From a virus (lineage: Duplodnaviria > Heunggongvirae > Uroviricota > Caudoviricetes), in the IMG/VR virus record IMGVR_UViG_3300030035_000037, positions 1 to 7,152 of that record: a stretch of DNA of 7,152 nt; one strand, given 5' to 3'. The translations under genes were made by a program, and so were the position numbers. Each line of letters opens with the position of its first letter. The stretch's first letter is position 1. Below, in pieces: positions 5,422 through 7,152 of the stretch. Under the pieces are notes generated by a model. The model searched no databases, had not been told where the DNA came from, and saw nothing but the letters and a program-made list of their open reading frames with translations.

Positions 5422-5455
5422 AGAGCAAATTTACCACAGATTCGGGAAAAATCAA
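5416..5455 (-). promoter_or_regulatory. Late promoter pR' (lambda-like) with extended -10 and promoter-proximal pause element; presumed Q engagement site
   Basis: Minus strand -35 TTGATT (5455..5450), 16-nt spacer, TGg-TAAATT extended -10 (5433..5428), then TGCTCT and AACGATGGG at +1 onward; the -10 plus AACGAT arrangement matches lambda pR' as recalled from memory. Lies 6-45 nt downstream of the Q stop codon. Confidence 0.65.
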
Positions 5456-5460
5456 CAACA

Positions 5461-6282
5461 CTATCGCGTTACCCTCTTTAACTGCCGCTCCGCCCATGCC
5501 TCTTCAATGTCAAACCGAACCACCAACGTATCGTAAAAGCGTTTCACTGATTTTTTCCACGTATCAAGCGTGATAGCACTCGTCACTTTGCATATGGCAT
5601 TAAATGCCTCCGTTGATGGTAGTCTTTCACAGCCACGACCACCACAACGCTGGCAGTCTCTGATAACAGGCATACCACGTTTTACCGACTCTTCACGATG
5701 AATGGCGACACCACGCCCACGGCAATCCTTACAGGCGGTGGAAACCTCACCCTTTCCGCCACACTCCGGACAGGCAACTTTTACCACCTCCCTGACTTTT
5801 TTCCATTCTTCCCAGTAAGACGGATACACACCTTTCGTACACTTTGCCCATACCGGCGGCTTACCATCCGGATACTGGACCTTGTTTGTAAAAACTACGC
5901 TTTCAATAAATTTTTCCCCATAGCAACAAGGGCACTGCTTTTTACTCGCTGCGCTGCGGGCATAATCCTCAAAAGCGTACGAAGCCATAATGCGCATCAC
6001 TACCGGTTTTATTTCTGCCGGGAGTTTTCTTAACGCCGCCACGCGATCACACCGACTGAGTGCATATTCTGTCAGCAATTCTGTTGCCCGCTCTCTGTCA
6101 TTCATACTAATGCCCATTTTCCCAAGGAACGCAGAAAACCCCATCTCAGCCCGATTCTGTGTCATGCCCTGCGCGGCCATCACATCAGTGATACTCAGCG
6201 CATCTTTCGACGTTGAGGCCGATGCATCAGTCAGGCCGGGGGATTTTGGGGAGTAGTATTTCGGTAAATCTTCCAGTTTCAT
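5461..6282 (-). CDS. Q: Late-gene antitermination protein Q, lambda-Q family, with an enlarged Cys-rich zinc-binding region
   Basis: 273 aa; blocks matching recalled lambda Q: YSPKSP, DVMAAQGM, ASYAFEDYARSAA, C-terminal LKRVTR; multiple CxxC pairs; located immediately upstream of the lambda-like pR'; start overlaps the rusA stop (ATGA). Confidence 0.88.
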   Translation of the reverse strand: MKLEDLPKYYSPKSPGLTDASASTSKDALSITDVMAAQGMTQNRAEMGFSAFLGKMGISMNDRERATELLTEYALSRCDRVAALRKLPAEIKPVVMRIMASYAFEDYARSAASKKQCPCCYGEKFIESVVFTNKVQYPDGKPPVWAKCTKGVYPSYWEEWKKVREVVKVACPECGGKGEVSTACKDCRGRGVAIHREESVKRGMPVIRDCQRCGGRGCERLPSTEAFNAICKVTSAITLDTWKKSVKRFYDTLVVRFDIEEAWAERQLKRVTR

Positions 6283-6659
6283 TTTTTGACCTGCCCTTCA
6301 AGCATTATGGGGTAAATCTTCACCCCCAGACGTCCACCAGATACTGGCTGAGCACGAACGATATTGATTTCATCAAACTGCTCATCGTCCATTAGCAACC
6401 CCGCATGCGTCAGCGCATCCAGCGGCGCTTTCAGAATATTGTCCAGGTCACGGCGGCGCTTATCCGGTGGTTCTGCAATAATTTTTATTGCCAACCTTCC
6501 GGACAGGCTTAATTTCAGCCGCTGCTGGCGAACAATAAGCGCCACTGCCCGGCGATAACGCTCCCCGGCTTTTGATACAAAATATGTGCTGCCACGACGA
6601 CGCCAGTAAGTGTTCACCGTTGGCGGGTAAGGCAAAACAAATTCTATGCGTTCAGTCAT
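6279..6659 (-). CDS. rusA: Crossover junction endodeoxyribonuclease RusA (Holliday junction resolvase)
   Basis: 126 aa; PYPPTVNTYWRRRG near the N-terminus and RRRDLDNILKAPLDALTHAGLLMDD acidic catalytic region match the RusA family pattern; canonical position just upstream of Q. Confidence 0.88.
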   Translation of the reverse strand: MTERIEFVLPYPPTVNTYWRRRGSTYFVSKAGERYRRAVALIVRQQRLKLSLSGRLAIKIIAEPPDKRRRDLDNILKAPLDALTHAGLLMDDEQFDEINIVRAQPVSGGRLGVKIYPIMLEGQVKK

Positions 6660-7152
6660 TTATGCTTTCCACTTCAAAACACCCGAATTTCTCGCGTGCA
6701 TTAAAAAACGAATCAGCAACAACAGCTGGCTGCCGTGTTTTTCTTCAAAATCTTTTACCCCGGCGTGTAGTTCGCTATGGCATTTACGGCACAGCGGAAT
6801 AACAAACAAATCATCAGCCTTTGTTCCCATCCCTCCCAGTCCATGACCAATGATGTGATGCGGATCATCTGCCTGATTGCCACACGTCATGCATTTCTGC
6901 GTTTTTACCCAACGCGTGTATACAGGCATCTCTTCCCGTTGTGATTTCTGGCGCTGGAGATACTGAGCCGGTGACTCCGGATCAACGGCAATGCTGACCA
7001 CCGTCTTTTCCTGTGGCGGGTTTTGCTGGTGGGCGTGAGGCAGCGGCGCAAGATTTTTTGTGCGCTGCTTCAGTATGCTGGTGGCGGTCTGCTCTCCCGG
7101 TACGATGTCGCTTTCACGGTACATTGAGCGGATTTTTTCCGCACGCAACCCC
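6660..7152 (-). CDS. Cys/His-rich HNH-motif protein (DUF968/YdfU-like), C-terminal part; likely continues beyond the window end
   Basis: Frame is open to the right window edge; C-terminal motif CMTCGNQADDPHHIIGHG...IPLCRKCHSELH (CxxC ... HH ... CxxCH) resembles an HNH zinc-binding nuclease fold; stop TAA abuts the rusA ATG. Family name is from memory and unverified. Confidence 0.55.
   Translation of the reverse strand, partial: GLRAEKIRSMYRESDIVPGEQTATSILKQRTKNLAPLPHAHQQNPPQEKTVVSIAVDPESPAQYLQRQKSQREEMPVYTRWVKTQKCMTCGNQADDPHHIIGHGLGGMGTKADDLFVIPLCRKCHSELHAGVKDFEEKHGSQLLLLIRFLMHARNSGVLKWKA

Larger units (their letters stand above)
1..7152 (-). mobile_element. Segment of a lambdoid (Stx-phage-like, stx-negative) prophage: nin/Q late-regulatory region through the start of the lysis cassette; phage sense strand is minus
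   Basis: Co-linear minus-strand order HNH-like / rusA / Q / pR'-tR' / tRNA triplet / NanS-p-like esterase / holin; start-stop overlaps typical of phage operons (TAAATG at 6657-6662, ATGA at 6279-6282); no host housekeeping genes. Host and phage family are inferred from gene content. Confidence 0.85.

Noticed and set aside
5698-6846. Plus-strand ORFs opposite Q, rusA and the HNH-like gene (5698..6033, 5990..6256, 6213..6395, 6364..6558, 6572..6802, 6646..6846)
   Set aside because: Antisense to three tightly coupled, motif-supported genes; no start context; low-complexity translations.
1-7152. CRISPR array, integrase/transposase or insertion sequence
   Set aside because: No regularly spaced direct repeats and no ORF with integrase or transposase character; the only repeats are the short ones described in the findings.

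Overview
This window reads as the late-regulatory / moron / lysis-proximal segment of a lambdoid prophage of the enterobacterial Stx-phage type, but without Shiga toxin genes. The phage sense strand is the minus strand. Gene order in phage sense (right to left): a partial Cys/His-rich HNH-like ORF, rusA, a lambda-family Q antiterminator, a lambda-like pR' promoter with a nearby tR' terminator (short 6S/StxS-like leader RNA), a small winged-helix-like ORF with its own terminator, a beta-class N6-adenine DNA methyltransferase, a three-tRNA operon (Ile2-CAT, Arg-TCG, Arg-TCT) with its own promoter and terminator, an AT-rich island of about 600 bp carrying one opposite-strand orphan ORF at the position where stxAB sit in Stx phages, a NanS-p-type sialate O-acetylesterase, two small ORFs, and the first 26 codons of an S21-like pinholin. 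The most interesting items are the orphan AUA-rich cargo ORF beside the Ile2 tRNA, a duplicated pR' -10 core that marks a mosaic junction, the wHTH-plus-methyltransferase pair in the late leader, and two candidate small RNAs. All family assignments rest on motifs and recalled family sequences read by eye; nothing was searched or computed beyond manual base counting.
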